A DNA stretch of 64,000 nt from Eledone cirrhosa. Taxonomy: Eukaryota. How positions within the stretch are numbered: the stretch's first letter is position 1; each line of letters begins with the position of its first letter. This document shows, piece by piece, positions 1 through 11,129 of this stretch. The DNA lies in contig OZ024741.1 in the NCBI GenBank assembly GCA_964016885.1, positions 350,486,001 through 350,550,000 on the forward strand, in the 5' to 3' direction. Made by a program: the position numbers and the translations under genes. Below the pieces are notes generated by a model. That model was given only the letters and a program-made list of their open reading frames with translations. It had not been told where the DNA came from and ran no database searches.

Positions 1-320
1 ATACATATATACATATATATATCATCATCATCATCATCATCACCGTTTTACGTCCGTTCTTCCACGCTAGCATGGGTTAGACGGGTTGTCCTGTTGTGGG
101 CAGTGTCTGGTCGGCTGACCATGCCTTGCTCATACAGGAACTGATCTGGCTTGATTTCTACAGCTGGATGCCCTTCCTAACACCAACCTCATTTACAGTG
201 AGTGCTGGGTGCTTTTTCGTGGCGCCTACACGTCCACTTTACAGTGTGGGCTGGGTGCTTTTTTGCCGTGGCACCTCCACGACCACCTTGCGGTGGGGGG
301 GGGCATATTGTTTATATGCT

Positions 321-3300
321 TCAGCATGTACCCATGGGAGGTCGGGTACCCTGTATTACTGCGTGACGCCAGAAGTCACGGTCGTGTGTCATTGACTTTG
401 AGAGGTGTAGTTGGGTAAGGTCGGCTTTTATCACCTCATCCCAAGTCATCTTGGGTCTCCCCACTCCGCGGTTTCCATCAACTTCTAGTGCTCTGCACCT
501 TTTTATGCAGCTGTCATCCTTCATACGCATCACATGTCCATACCAGCGTAACCGCCTCTCCTGCACGCAGCATTTGATTCCTCTTATGCTCAGTCTCTCT
601 CTCAATTCATTTATGCTTTGTCGTTCACGTATATTACTGTTACACATCCATCGGAGCATGCAGGCTTCGTTTCTCTCTAATCTACGTAAGTCTTCCACCT
701 TCAGCGCCCAGGTCTCACTACCATGCAACATCGCTGTTCGGATACACGCATCATACAGTCTGCCTTTCATTCTGAGGGAGAAGCCTTTTGCAGCTAGCAG
801 TGGTAGTAGTTCCCTAAACTTCTTCCATCCCGTTCTTACCCTAGTTATTGTACTTTCTGAGCACCCACCTCCGTTGCTAATTCGGTCACCTAGGTAGCAG
901 AAGCTGTCTACTGTTTCTACAGGGCCCTCCCAGAGATTGGTGGTACTTGTTTCCTGTGGCTGTTTGCTTGCTGTTTCAGCACAGCTGCTGCATGTGAATC
1001 CTACATTCTTAATTAAGCTTCCTGAGATCCCGCTACATCTCTTGTGTACCCATTGTTTGCATTTGGGGCAAAGAATGGAGTTCCTACCTACACCTTTCCT
1101 ACATACTGAGCAAGGCCATTTCCCTGAGGGGATCTGGGTTCTGTTTTCTCGTCTACTTATAAGGACCTTAGTCTTTGTCATGTTGACTTTGAGGCCCTTT
1201 CTCTCTAGTCCCTGCTTCCAGGTTTGGAATTTATTCTCTAGTTCTACCATAGATTCAGCTATGAGTGCGAGGTCATCAGCATACAGGAGTTCCCATGGGC
1301 ATCCGGTCCTAAACTCCTCCGTTATTGCCTGCAGGACTATGATGAACAGGAGAGGGCTAAGAACAGAGCCCTGGTGGACCCCAACCTGTACGCTAAATTC
1401 CTCGCTATACTCATTGCCAATCCTAACTTTGCTGACTGCTCCCCTATACATGGCTTGTACCGCTTTCACAAGCCATTCATCTACTCCTAGTTTTCTAAGA
1501 GCCCACCAGATTACTGCACGTGGAACTCTGTCAAAGGCTTTCTCAAGGTCGACAAATGCCAAGTAGAGTGGCTTACTTTTAGCTAGGTACTTTTCCTGTA
1601 ATTGCCTCACAAGGAAGAGCGCATCAGTGGTGCCTTTCCCTGGTACAAACCCAAATTGCATCTCGTCTATATTCACCCGGTCCCTAATCAGCTGTGCTAT
1701 AACTCTTTCTGTTACTTTCATGACCTGGTCCATCAACTTTATACCTCTATAGTTTCCTCTATCTAGTGCATCGCCTTTACCTTTGTAGCAGTTGACAATG
1801 ATGCTACTGCACCAATCTTTTGGTATGGCCCCCTCTAGTATTACCTGGTTAACGATACGTGTGGTTATAGTGTGACCTACAGACCCAGATGCCTTCAGCA
1901 TCTCGGCAGCTATACCCGATGGACCGGTTGCCTTCCCTATCTTCATATCTCTGATTGCCTTACTTACTACGCTGCCGCTGACTTGTACTGCTGGTCCCTC
2001 TATAGGGTCTACGTGGGGTAGGGTCTCTTCTTCCCATGCATTCTCCTCATTTAGTAATCTATCATAATGACTCTTCCATGCATCTTTCTTCTCAGCACTT
2101 GTGAGGGCAAGCTCACCTTTATCATTCCGGATACACTTCTCTCCAATGACATCACAACTATCTCTGACACACTGCCTCGCAATCTTGAATACCTCCTGTT
2201 TCTGGTCCTCACGTTGTAAAACATGCTTGAATTTTCTATCCTCTGCTTCCCTCCTAGCTAAGTATACTTGTCGCCTAGCTTCCCTCTTGGTCTCTATGTA
2301 ATGTACCCTGCTCCCCCCGTTCTTCCATTCTTTCCATGCCTGTCTCTTGGCCTTGACTGCTTCATCTACCTTATTGTTCCACCACCAAGTCACTCTCCTC
2401 CTGCTTGAGGTCTTACTCCAGCCACAAACCTCATCCGTCGCCTCTAGTAAGTTATTTTTTAGGAACTCCCAGTTCTCTTCTACGTTAAATGTCTCTATCT
2501 GTTCTTCTTTACTGTCGTAGGCGTTGAGTAAAATATCTTTAAATCTGTTACTGGTTGAGGGGACTTTCAGCTTCCAGATCTTTCTTCTCCAGGTTGGCCT
2601 CTGTTTCAGGGCTCGTCTAGTTCTGACCGTGAGGTCGCTGACAACTAAGCTATGTTGGGATGTACATTCCTCACTAGGGAAGGCTTTTGTGTTTACGACC
2701 GTCCATCTGTCACGTCCTCTGATGAGGATAAAATCTAACTGACTAGAGTGCTCCCCTGATCTATAGGTGATCAGGTGGTTGTCGGGTTTTTTAAAGTTTG
2801 TGTTACATATCGACATGTCATTGGCGTCGCAGAATTCTAGAAGTCTGAATCCTTCCTCATTCCTTGTGCCAACTCCATGGCCTCCATGTACTCTATTGAA
2901 GCCGTCGCAGTGTTTACCTACGTGTCCGTTAAAATCTCCTGCAATGATTAGGAAGTCCTTGTCGTCTGTTAGAGCAGTAGTGTGTATTAGGGACTCGTAA
3001 AACCTATCCTTAAGTTCGTCTGGCAGCCCCGATTGGGGTGCGTAAGCTGATATTATTGTGGTAATTGTCTTATTCAGGACTAGTCTGAGTTTAATGATTC
3101 TTGCATTTACCCTGTACACTGAGATTACTTTATCTACCCACTTGTCAGCTAATAGTATACCTACACCACCCATCCCATCGTCATTTCCCACCCAGAAAAA
3201 TTTGTAGCACTGGCTTTTTCCTACAAGGACTCTAGCAGACCCTCCTCTCCATCTAGTCTCTTGCACACAGCATACATCAACTTCCTTTCGCTCTAGCATT

Positions 3301-3440
3301 TCTACGATTTCTCCTGCTCTTCCTTTCATTGAGCCTACATTGATGGTACCAACTCGGAGTTTTGGGCATTTGTCGACACTCGTAGGGGAGGGTCTCTGGG
3401 TTGGCGCTTCACGTGGGTGCTTGGTAGCTCGCAGATTCAT
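321..3440 (-). CDS. Intact single-ORF RTE-clade LINE protein (APE endonuclease + RT with an inserted PHD-type zinc finger), 1039 aa
   Basis: Uninterrupted ORF. APE motifs INVGS, CVQET, SAYAP, AGDFNGH, QLDFIL, SQH; RT motifs KATGPSG, YRGIKL, FVDLEKAFD, QGSVLSP, YADD, FCYLG; RTE-type C-terminus RLRWYGHVMRM..RGVGRPKMTW. Confidence 0.95.
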   Translation of the reverse strand: MNLRATKHPREAPTQRPSPTSVDKCPKLRVGTINVGSMKGRAGEIVEMLERKEVDVCCVQETRWRGGSARVLVGKSQCYKFFWVGNDDGMGGVGILLADKWVDKVISVYRVNARIIKLRLVLNKTITTIISAYAPQSGLPDELKDRFYESLIHTTALTDDKDFLIIAGDFNGHVGKHCDGFNRVHGGHGVGTRNEEGFRLLEFCDANDMSICNTNFKKPDNHLITYRSGEHSSQLDFILIRGRDRWTVVNTKAFPSEECTSQHSLVVSDLTVRTRRALKQRPTWRRKIWKLKVPSTSNRFKDILLNAYDSKEEQIETFNVEENWEFLKNNLLEATDEVCGWSKTSSRRRVTWWWNNKVDEAVKAKRQAWKEWKNGGSRVHYIETKREARRQVYLARREAEDRKFKHVLQREDQKQEVFKIARQCVRDSCDVIGEKCIRNDKGELALTSAEKKDAWKSHYDRLLNEENAWEEETLPHVDPIEGPAVQVSGSVVSKAIRDMKIGKATGPSGIAAEMLKASGSVGHTITTRIVNQVILEGAIPKDWCSSIIVNCYKGKGDALDRGNYRGIKLMDQVMKVTERVIAQLIRDRVNIDEMQFGFVPGKGTTDALFLVRQLQEKYLAKSKPLYLAFVDLEKAFDRVPRAVIWWALRKLGVDEWLVKAVQAMYRGAVSKVRIGNEYSEEFSVQVGVHQGSVLSPLLFIIVLQAITEEFRTGCPWELLYADDLALIAESMVELENKFQTWKQGLERKGLKVNMTKTKVLISRRENRTQIPSGKWPCSVCRKGVGRNSILCPKCKQWVHKRCSGISGSLIKNVGFTCSSCAETASKQPQETSTTNLWEGPVETVDSFCYLGDRISNGGGCSESTITRVRTGWKKFRELLPLLAAKGFSLRMKGRLYDACIRTAMLHGSETWALKVEDLRRLERNEACMLRWMCNSNIRERQSINELRERLSIRGIKCCVQERRLRWYGHVMRMKDDSCIKRCRALEVDGNRGVGRPKMTWDEVIKADLTQLHLSKSMTHDRDFWRHAVIQGTRPPMGTC

Positions 3441-3682
3441 ATTTCATCTATTGATTCAGAGTTGCTCGTGTATTCCCAGCTCATCCATCCATAACGGTGG
3501 GAAAATTGAGGGCTAGAAGGACAGTGGTGGTGGGGTAATGGCAGGGTGTGTTGGGATGCGCCAGAGGAGAGAGTTAGTTAGGCAGGTAGTAGCAGCAGCA
3601 GCAGTGGAAATGGCATGCTAGGTTTGATTGGTCGAATAGACTATGGTGGTGTGTGGGGGTGGGGGGGAGGGAAATTGTGAGG

Positions 3683-4909
3683 TAGGAACTGAGGGTCGCA
3701 TGGTAAATATCCAAGTTAATACTACATCAGTAAAATTAACAATAATAACGTCATGAAAAAAGCTACTAAGAGAAACCCTCGAAAATTTATCGCTAATACA
3801 GCAGGGAAAATTTAACGCTAATACAGCAGGGAACATCATAATATTAACGACAATATGTAGGCTAAAATACCTTCGTAGATTAGATGGATGGCTGGCTGGG
3901 AAAATTGGAATCAGCTCTAGTGGTACATTTTAGCAGAGAAGAATGGGAAAGTGTCTTATCTCTTCAATATTTTCAGATTGAATGAATTAGGTTAAAGACA
4001 GGGTAGTAAGCCTTAAAGAAGTGCATAGAGAGGGGGGGGGGGGTAGGAACTGAGGGTCGCATGGTAAATAACTGAGAGAGATACAATAGGATTAGAATAC
4101 CGCATGGTAAATATCCAAGTTAATAAGTTAATACTACATCAGTAAAATTAACAATAATAACGTCATGAAAAAAACTACTAAGAGAAACCCTCGAAAATTT
4201 ATCGCTAATACAGCAGGGAAAATTTAACGCTAATACAGCAGGGAACATCATAATATTAACGACAATATGTAGGCTAAAATACCTTCGTAGATTAGATGGA
4301 TGGCTGGCTGGGAAAATTGGAATCAGCAGCTCTAGTGATACATTTTAGCAGAGAAGAATGGGAAAGTGTCTTATCTCTTCAATATTTTCAGATTGAATGA
4401 ATTAGGTTAAAGACAGGGTAGTAAGCCTTAAAGAAGTGCATAGAGAGGGGGGGGGGGGGGTAGGAACTGAGGGTCGCATGGTAAATAACAGAGAGATACA
4501 ATAGGATTAGAATACCGCATGGTAAATATCCAAGTTAATAAGTTAATACTACATCAGTAAAATTAACAATAATAACGTCATGAAAAAAAACTACTAAGAG
4601 AAACCCTCGAAAATTTATCGCTAATACAGCAGGGAAAATTTAACGCTAATACAGCAGGGAACATCATAATATTAACGACAATATGTAGGCTAAAATACCT
4701 TCGTAGATTAGATGGATGGCTGGCTGGGAAAATTGGAATCAGCAGCTCTAGTGATACATTTTAGCAGAGAAGAATGGGAAAGTGTCTTATCTCTTCAATA
4801 TTTTCAGATTGAATGAATTAGGTTAAAGACAGGGTAGTAAGCCTTAAAGAAGTGCATAGAGAGGGGGGGGGGGGGGGGTAGGAACTGAGGGTCGCATGGT
4901 AAATGGTAA
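3683..4909 (-). repeat. Three tandem monomers of about 361, 417 and 418 bp upstream of the RTE ORF
   Basis: TAGGAACTGAGGGTCGCATGGTAAAT recurs at about 3683, 4044, 4461 and 4879 with near-identical sequence between. Confidence 0.93.
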
Positions 4910-4943
4910 ATATACATACATATATACATACATATATACATAC

Positions 4944-4976
<33 letters not shown>

Positions 4977-5003
4977 CATACATATATACATATATATATA
5001 TAC

Positions 5004-5044
<41 letters not shown>

Positions 5045-5046
<2 letters not shown>

Positions 5047-6160
5047 ACTTTGAATAACTTTGAAATGTTTTGGCCAGTATTGGCCCAGGCCATGTCTAAC
5101 TTAATAGCACCACCTGGCGAAGTCTTTCAATTCAGGATTTGGGCACCATGGCCCATTCGAGAAGAGAATTACTGTTTGCGGAGACATATCCGGGTGTGGG
5201 TGGTTTGTCCGGGATTACTTGGAGGAATTTGTCCAAAGACTTCTTGAATTTTGTGTGGTCAGTTTCTGTTTTGACGTGTCCTGGTGTGATGTTGAAGAGA
5301 GCAGGGCCGATTGAGGTGAAATAATTGTGCCGTATTGTTGTTATGAGTTGCGATTTAGATTTTTGAATGGGACGGATAGCACGGGGCCCAAGCCTTGGGT
5401 GTATCTTGAAGGCGATGCCAACCTCATTTGGGCAGTGATGATGGAACATTTTCCACATCATGCAGATAATATGACGCTCACGGCGACGTTGGAGTGAGTA
5501 AAGTTTCAGGTTTTCTAATCGACCCCAGTAGTCAAGGTCTGACATGCCATCTATCTTTTTCGTGATTGCCCTTTGAGGAGCTTCAAGTTTCATGATACTT
5601 TGTTTCATGTGGGGAGACCACAGTGGACAACAGTATTCAAGGTGTGGTCGGGCAAAAGTAGAGAAGAGAAGGATAATGGTGTGGGAATCTCTCGACTGGA
5701 AGGTTCTGAGGATCCAGGAACACATTCTGCGGGCCATGTCAACTTTGCTGCTTATATGCGTGGTCCAGCTTATGTTGCTGTCCACGGTTACTCCCAAGTC
5801 TCTGATGTTGTTAGATGCCACGAGAGTTTCCCCGGAGGGAAGGGAGTACGGGAGTTTCAGAGCATCCTCTTTTCCAAAGTGGATCAGTTCGAATTTGTCT
5901 TCGTTCAGTAACATGTTGTTCTTTTCCGCCCATTGGGTAACAGCCAGTAGGTCTGACTGAAGGCTTATCCGGTCATCCACGCCATTGATGACCTTTTGGA
6001 GCTTGGAATCATCAGCGAAAATTTTAATGTTGCTGTGTTTGATGATGTCAGTGATGTCATTAATATAGATGATGAAGAGAAGTGGGCCCAACACAGTGCC
6101 TTGTGGGACCCCACTACTGACTTTGGCTGGGCTGGATTTGACTCCCTGAACTACATTCCT
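5045..6160 (-). mobile_element. 5'-truncated CR1-group LINE (RT C-terminal half and 3' UTR), frame still open (ORF 5132-6187)
   Basis: [48 protein letters not shown]; (TTCAAAGTTA)2 tail; inserted in a TACA microsatellite. Confidence 0.85.
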
Positions 6161-6214
6161 CCTATTAATATAATCTTCTATACACAATCATACACACCCG
6201 TGTATATTTACCTA

Positions 6215-6249
6215 TCTATATCTATATACATACATATATATATACATAC

Positions 6250-6280
<31 letters not shown>

Positions 6281-6741
6281 CATACATACATATATATATA
6301 TACATACATACATATATATATATACATACATATATATATACATACATACATATATATATATATACATACATATATATATATATACATACATATATATATA
6401 TATACATACATATATATATATACATACATATATATATATATACATACATATATATATATATACATACATATATATATATACATACATATATATATATACA
6501 TACATATATATATATATACATACATATATATATATACATACATATATATATATACATACATATATATATATACATACATATATATATATACATACATATA
6601 TATATATACATACATATATATATATACATACATATATATATATACATACATATATATATATATACATACATATATATATATATACATACATATATATATA
6701 TATACATACATATATATATACATACATATATATATACATAC

Positions 6742-6788
<47 letters not shown>

Positions 6789-6803
6789 CATATATATATA
6801 TAC

Positions 6804-6852
<49 letters not shown>

Positions 6853-6981
6853 CATACATACATACATATATACATACATATATACATACATATATACATA
6901 CATACATATATATATACATACATATATATATACATACATATATATATACATACATATATATATACATACATATATATATAC

Positions 6982-7070
<89 letters not shown>

Positions 7071-7270
7071 CATACATATATATATACATACATATATATA
7101 TACATACATATGGATTTGTATAGACTTTGCAAAAATGAGGACACACACACACAGACAACTACAGTTTTATATATATGTATAGATAGATATACATAAATAC
7201 ATACATATATACATGCATACACACACATACATACATACATACATACATACATACATACATACATACATAC
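6215..7270. repeat. About 1-kb compound (TA)n/(TACA)n microsatellite
   Basis: Direct reading; it generates the spurious Y/I/H/C/M ORFs. Confidence 0.97.
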
Positions 7271-7329
7271 ATGTTGGCTTACCCCTCATTATCAAGTATG
7301 GCCATTGCACAATATAACATTAATAATAA

Positions 7330-7720
7330 CTAGTGGTTTTCTGCTAGCATGTGTAGTGTGCATATTGATATTATACGCAAGTATGTATACATGTAGATAT
7401 GATACATCAAATAAAATCGTAATTGACAATATACACAGAAATTGAATGAAGACTGCGTTACACTGTCTTATGTAATCAGTAACGTAATCTATTGACTGAA
7501 ATATATGACTGTTTATCGAAGCGATCGCTAACCGGAAGTGTTGACATTTGAACATTTTAAAGAAATGAATCTTAAAATAAGCGACAAAATTATTTATATT
7601 TAATCAAGAAATGAAATTTAGTAGATAAATTATGTAATATTCATTCATTATTTGTTCAAAGTAATCCAACTTATTTTACAAACGGGATAAAAAAAATATA
7701 TTCTGGACGCTGTCCCGCAC
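7330..7720 (-). mobile_element. Non-autonomous Helitron copy with a partly deleted hairpin, same family as 11379-11849
   Basis: About 350 bp of high similarity to 11402-11795. Confidence 0.7.
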
Positions 7721-9494
7721 TCAATGTTGTTGTGCAATGCCTGGGCATGAAGATTTTTTTTAACATGAGCAAAGACTGTGAACTGAGACAATCCCACTCT
7801 CTGAACAACAGTAGCTATAACCTGAAAAGAAGAAAAGATCAACATCACCGGTAACTACTGAGCTTCGGGTTTTATGTCGGAGTTATCCCAGTTTCCTGAG
7901 TTGCCTTCTCCTAGAAGAATGCCCTGACAAAAACTAGGAGTCCTTCACTCCCAGTGGTTTAACTGTGTGATCGGGTATCCAGTGAACTGGAAAACTTTGA
8001 TTAACCAAAATTCCCCACTTAGATAAAAACTCCCTGTAGTGGTGCTTAAAATCTAAGAACAACCAAGTTAACTTTAAAATCAGTTGATCTAAAGTTTGGG
8101 ACAGTAGAGGCAATGCATATTATGGTAGATCTGGTCTATCTCTGTTGGCCATTGTTATTATCAGTGGTGTTGAAGTTGCTGCTGTTGTTTAAAATGCTCA
8201 GCAATTACAAAAATAACAGCACTTCTAATTTCTCTATTACACTTCAGATCTTAAGTATGCTTTGTCTGTAGGCATAGCTATGTCAATTACTGTGCAGATA
8301 TATATGTGTCTGTGTATGTATGTATGTATCTGTATGTATATATATATATGTAAATGGCCTTGGGTTTTACACTTAGAAAGTTACTCTCCAAGGTATGAGT
8401 CCAGGCAAGGTGTTTTTGTAGAAGATCAACAGTTGCTCATGCATATCAGTCTCCCCTCTATACCCCCAAAGTTGTGTAGGAAAAGGTAAAGGCCAATATA
8501 GCTTGGCACCATTGACATTGCAACTCATTTCTCTAGCTGAGTGAACTAAAGCAATGTGAAATAAAGTGTCTTGCTCAAGGATAAAACACTGCCCAGTCTG
8601 GGAATCGAACTCACAACCTCACAATTGTCAACACAACACTAACCACTAAGCTATGCACCTTCACTTCAGTTCACTATACATATATATTGGCAGGTTGTTC
8701 TTGAGTGCTACTTGTAACATGTAACCCAGTACAACCTGTCACATGGTCAGGTCCTTGGTGACTAAACCATCAACCCCACTGAGCTTGCTTGCTTGGTAAG
8801 GAGGGTGAATTTTGAACAACTTGAGGAATGAAAAACAAAACTCCTCAAAAGGCAGGCAAACTTGGGAGTGTATGGCTATTCAATAGTGTATTAAAAAAAA
8901 ACTGGTAGGCAGAGATCATTAGCCTTGGTTGGCAGTGTTTCTAGGAGAAAGATCACTGATTTTCAAACTGGGATAAATGGATCTCCTTAGACACCTTGGT
9001 GACAAATGTTCAAGTGGCTAACAGTTTCATCCTCATGAAGCCAGCCTACAAGTCATGGTCAGACAAGGATTTGGGACCCACCAACGTCACTTTTTTCTCC
9101 AATGAGAATCATATAGATGAGCATTGGTACTATTATACTTGGTCACCGACCCTCAGTAATGAGGATGAGAAGAGATCATACTGGATATAACATATGTGAG
9201 ACTTTCCCAATATTTGTATTTAGTATGTAGAACATTAAAAAAGTTAAAGCCTGTGCCAAGCCTGGAAGCCCATCAGGTCGGTGCTTATCTCAGTTTCAAT
9301 CAGAGTACAAAACATCCCCTGGAGAGGACACCAGAACATTGCAGGATCAGTGTACTGGAGCGATGTGAAATTAAGAGTTTTGTTCAAGAACTCAAACAAA
9401 AGGTACAAAAAGAGAGATGGAGAAAAGCAGAACAGAATATAAACAACCATCTAACCCATGCTAGCGTGGAAGAACGGACGTAAAACGGTGATGA

Positions 9495-9541
<47 letters not shown>

Positions 9542-9547
<6 letters not shown>

Positions 9548-9960
9548 CGTATTTAAGAAAGCCACAACAATGCAGAGGGAAATCTCGAGGTAGGAAGTGA
9601 AAAATAGATAGGAAAAACAGGTGAAAGTGAAAATTGAGAGAGACAAAGATGAAAACAAAACAAAGGTAGAAGGGTTACCGTAGTAGAGATTTAATCCCAA
9701 TATTTCGGGCTCACGCCCATCAACGGGGGAAAGTTCCAAAAGGGGGGGAACAGGCCAAGCGGAGAAAGTTGTGATGTCGTTAAGACAGGAATGCCGTTAT
9801 ATGTTTTGTTTTCATCTTTGTCTCTCTCAATTTTCACTTTCACCTGTTTTTCCTATCTATCTTTCACTTCCTACCTCGAGATTTCCCTCTGCATTGTTGT
9901 GGCTTTCTTAAATACGTATTTTACACATTTCACAATGCTTCAAGCAAACTTTAACACCCT
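9542..9960. mobile_element. Penelope-like relic with 120-bp inverted repeats (9542-9662 / 9802-9922) and a degenerate hammerhead in the spacer
   Basis: Near-perfect inverted arms. Minus-strand spacer reads UCCC-CCGUUGA-U-GGGC-GUGA-GCCC-GAAA-UAUU-GGGA. Flanked by (TA)n. Confidence 0.6.
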
Positions 9961-10097
<137 letters not shown>

Positions 10098-10158
10098 AAA
10101 AAAAGATGAAATCGAAAATGCAACTGGAGTCTTATTTTTAAAAAAATATATATATTTA

Positions 10159-10497
10159 TGGAGGCACATGGCTTAGTGGTTAGAGCATTGGCCTTGCAAT
10201 CGAAAGGTTGTGAGTTCAATTCTCAGACCGGGTGATGTGTTGTTTCCTTGAGCAAGACACTTTATTTCACATTGCTCCAGTTTACTCAGCTGTAGAAATG
10301 AGATGATAGGGACTGGGGTCCATATCATTCCACTGCAAAGTGGTCGTGGAGGTGCCACGGCAAAAAAGCACCCAGCACTCACTGTAAATGAGGTTGGTGT
10401 TAGGAAGGGCATCCAGCTGTAGAAATCAAGCCAGAATCAGTTCCCGTCCCACCCTTGCAAGCAGGGAAAAAGTGGACGTTAAATGAAATGATGATGA
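10159..10497 (+). mobile_element. tRNA-derived SINE (family B) with RTE-type 3' tail; near-identical copy at 49250-49592 (-)
   Basis: A box TGGCTTAGTGG, B box GTTCAATTC, central CCTTGAGCAAGACACTT and GGAAGGGCATCCAGC blocks, (GAT)n tail. Confidence 0.88.
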
Positions 10498-10618
10498 TTT
10501 GGTTCCTTTACCGGTTTCGCAGTTCTTCTGCTTTTCAAAAGTAGAGTTGAGATGGAGGGTCTGTGGTTTTTCTCACCTTAATAATGAGAAAAACCACAGA
10601 CCCTCCATCTCAACTCTA

Positions 10619-10654
10619 CTTTTGAAAAGCAGAAGAACTGCGAAACCGGTAAAG
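10619..10654 (+). ncRNA. Minimal type I hammerhead ribozyme motif with a U3-A8 core (mirror copy on the minus strand at about 10508-10543)
   Basis: CUU-UUGAAAA-GCAG-AAGAA-CUGC-GAAA-CCG-GUA-AAG: 3-bp stem I, perfect 4-bp stem II, palindromic ACCGGU stem III, GUA triplet. Confidence 0.55.
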
Positions 10655-10785
10655 AAACCAAATAAATATATTTTTTTTTTTTTCAATAAGACTCCAGTTG
10701 CATTTTCGATTTCATCTTTTTTTCTTTATACTTTCACTCGTGTAGGACACCTTGGTTATTTTTCATTTTGTAAAAAAAACCTCAC

Positions 10786-10822
<37 letters not shown>

Positions 10823-11129
10823 GAGAGAGAGATATGTAAAATCCCAACCACAGCACTAAGCGGTTTCGGCTTGTGTGTTCAGCAAGCTTTTTCAAGGGTA
10901 TAGTATTTCCATGATTAGTGGTCTTCCCAGTCTCAGCACAACAGACTCTCTCCCTCCCTCTATCTATCTATCTATATATCTATATATATATCTATCTATA
11001 TATATACACACACACAGATTACGAAAGTCACCAAATTTAAATATATATCCAGCATTGTGATGGCGATTAGACGGCGCGGCATATTCATATTTGAAATAAC
11101 GTTAAAACAGATGTTATGTTTACATAATT

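Larger units (their letters stand above)
21..4909 (-). mobile_element. Probably full-length RTE retrotransposon: tandem-monomer 5' region (3683-4909), ORF, SINE-like 3' region ending in (GAT)n
   Basis: (ATC)n at 21-41 is the 3' tail on the minus strand. (TA/TACA)n microsatellite flanks both ends, so no TSD can be resolved. Confidence 0.75.

Noticed and set aside
451-3000. Plus-strand ORFs overlapping the RTE
   Set aside because: Antisense shadows of the real minus-strand ORF, with no motifs.
5996-7264. Long ORFs rich in Y/I/H/T or M/Y/V/C (also near 4.8-5.0, 10.0 and 14.4 kb)
   Set aside because: Translations of stop-free (TA)n/(TACA)n microsatellites.
10159-10235. tRNA gene
   Set aside because: The A/B boxes belong to a SINE head that continues into SINE body and tail; no proper acceptor stem.
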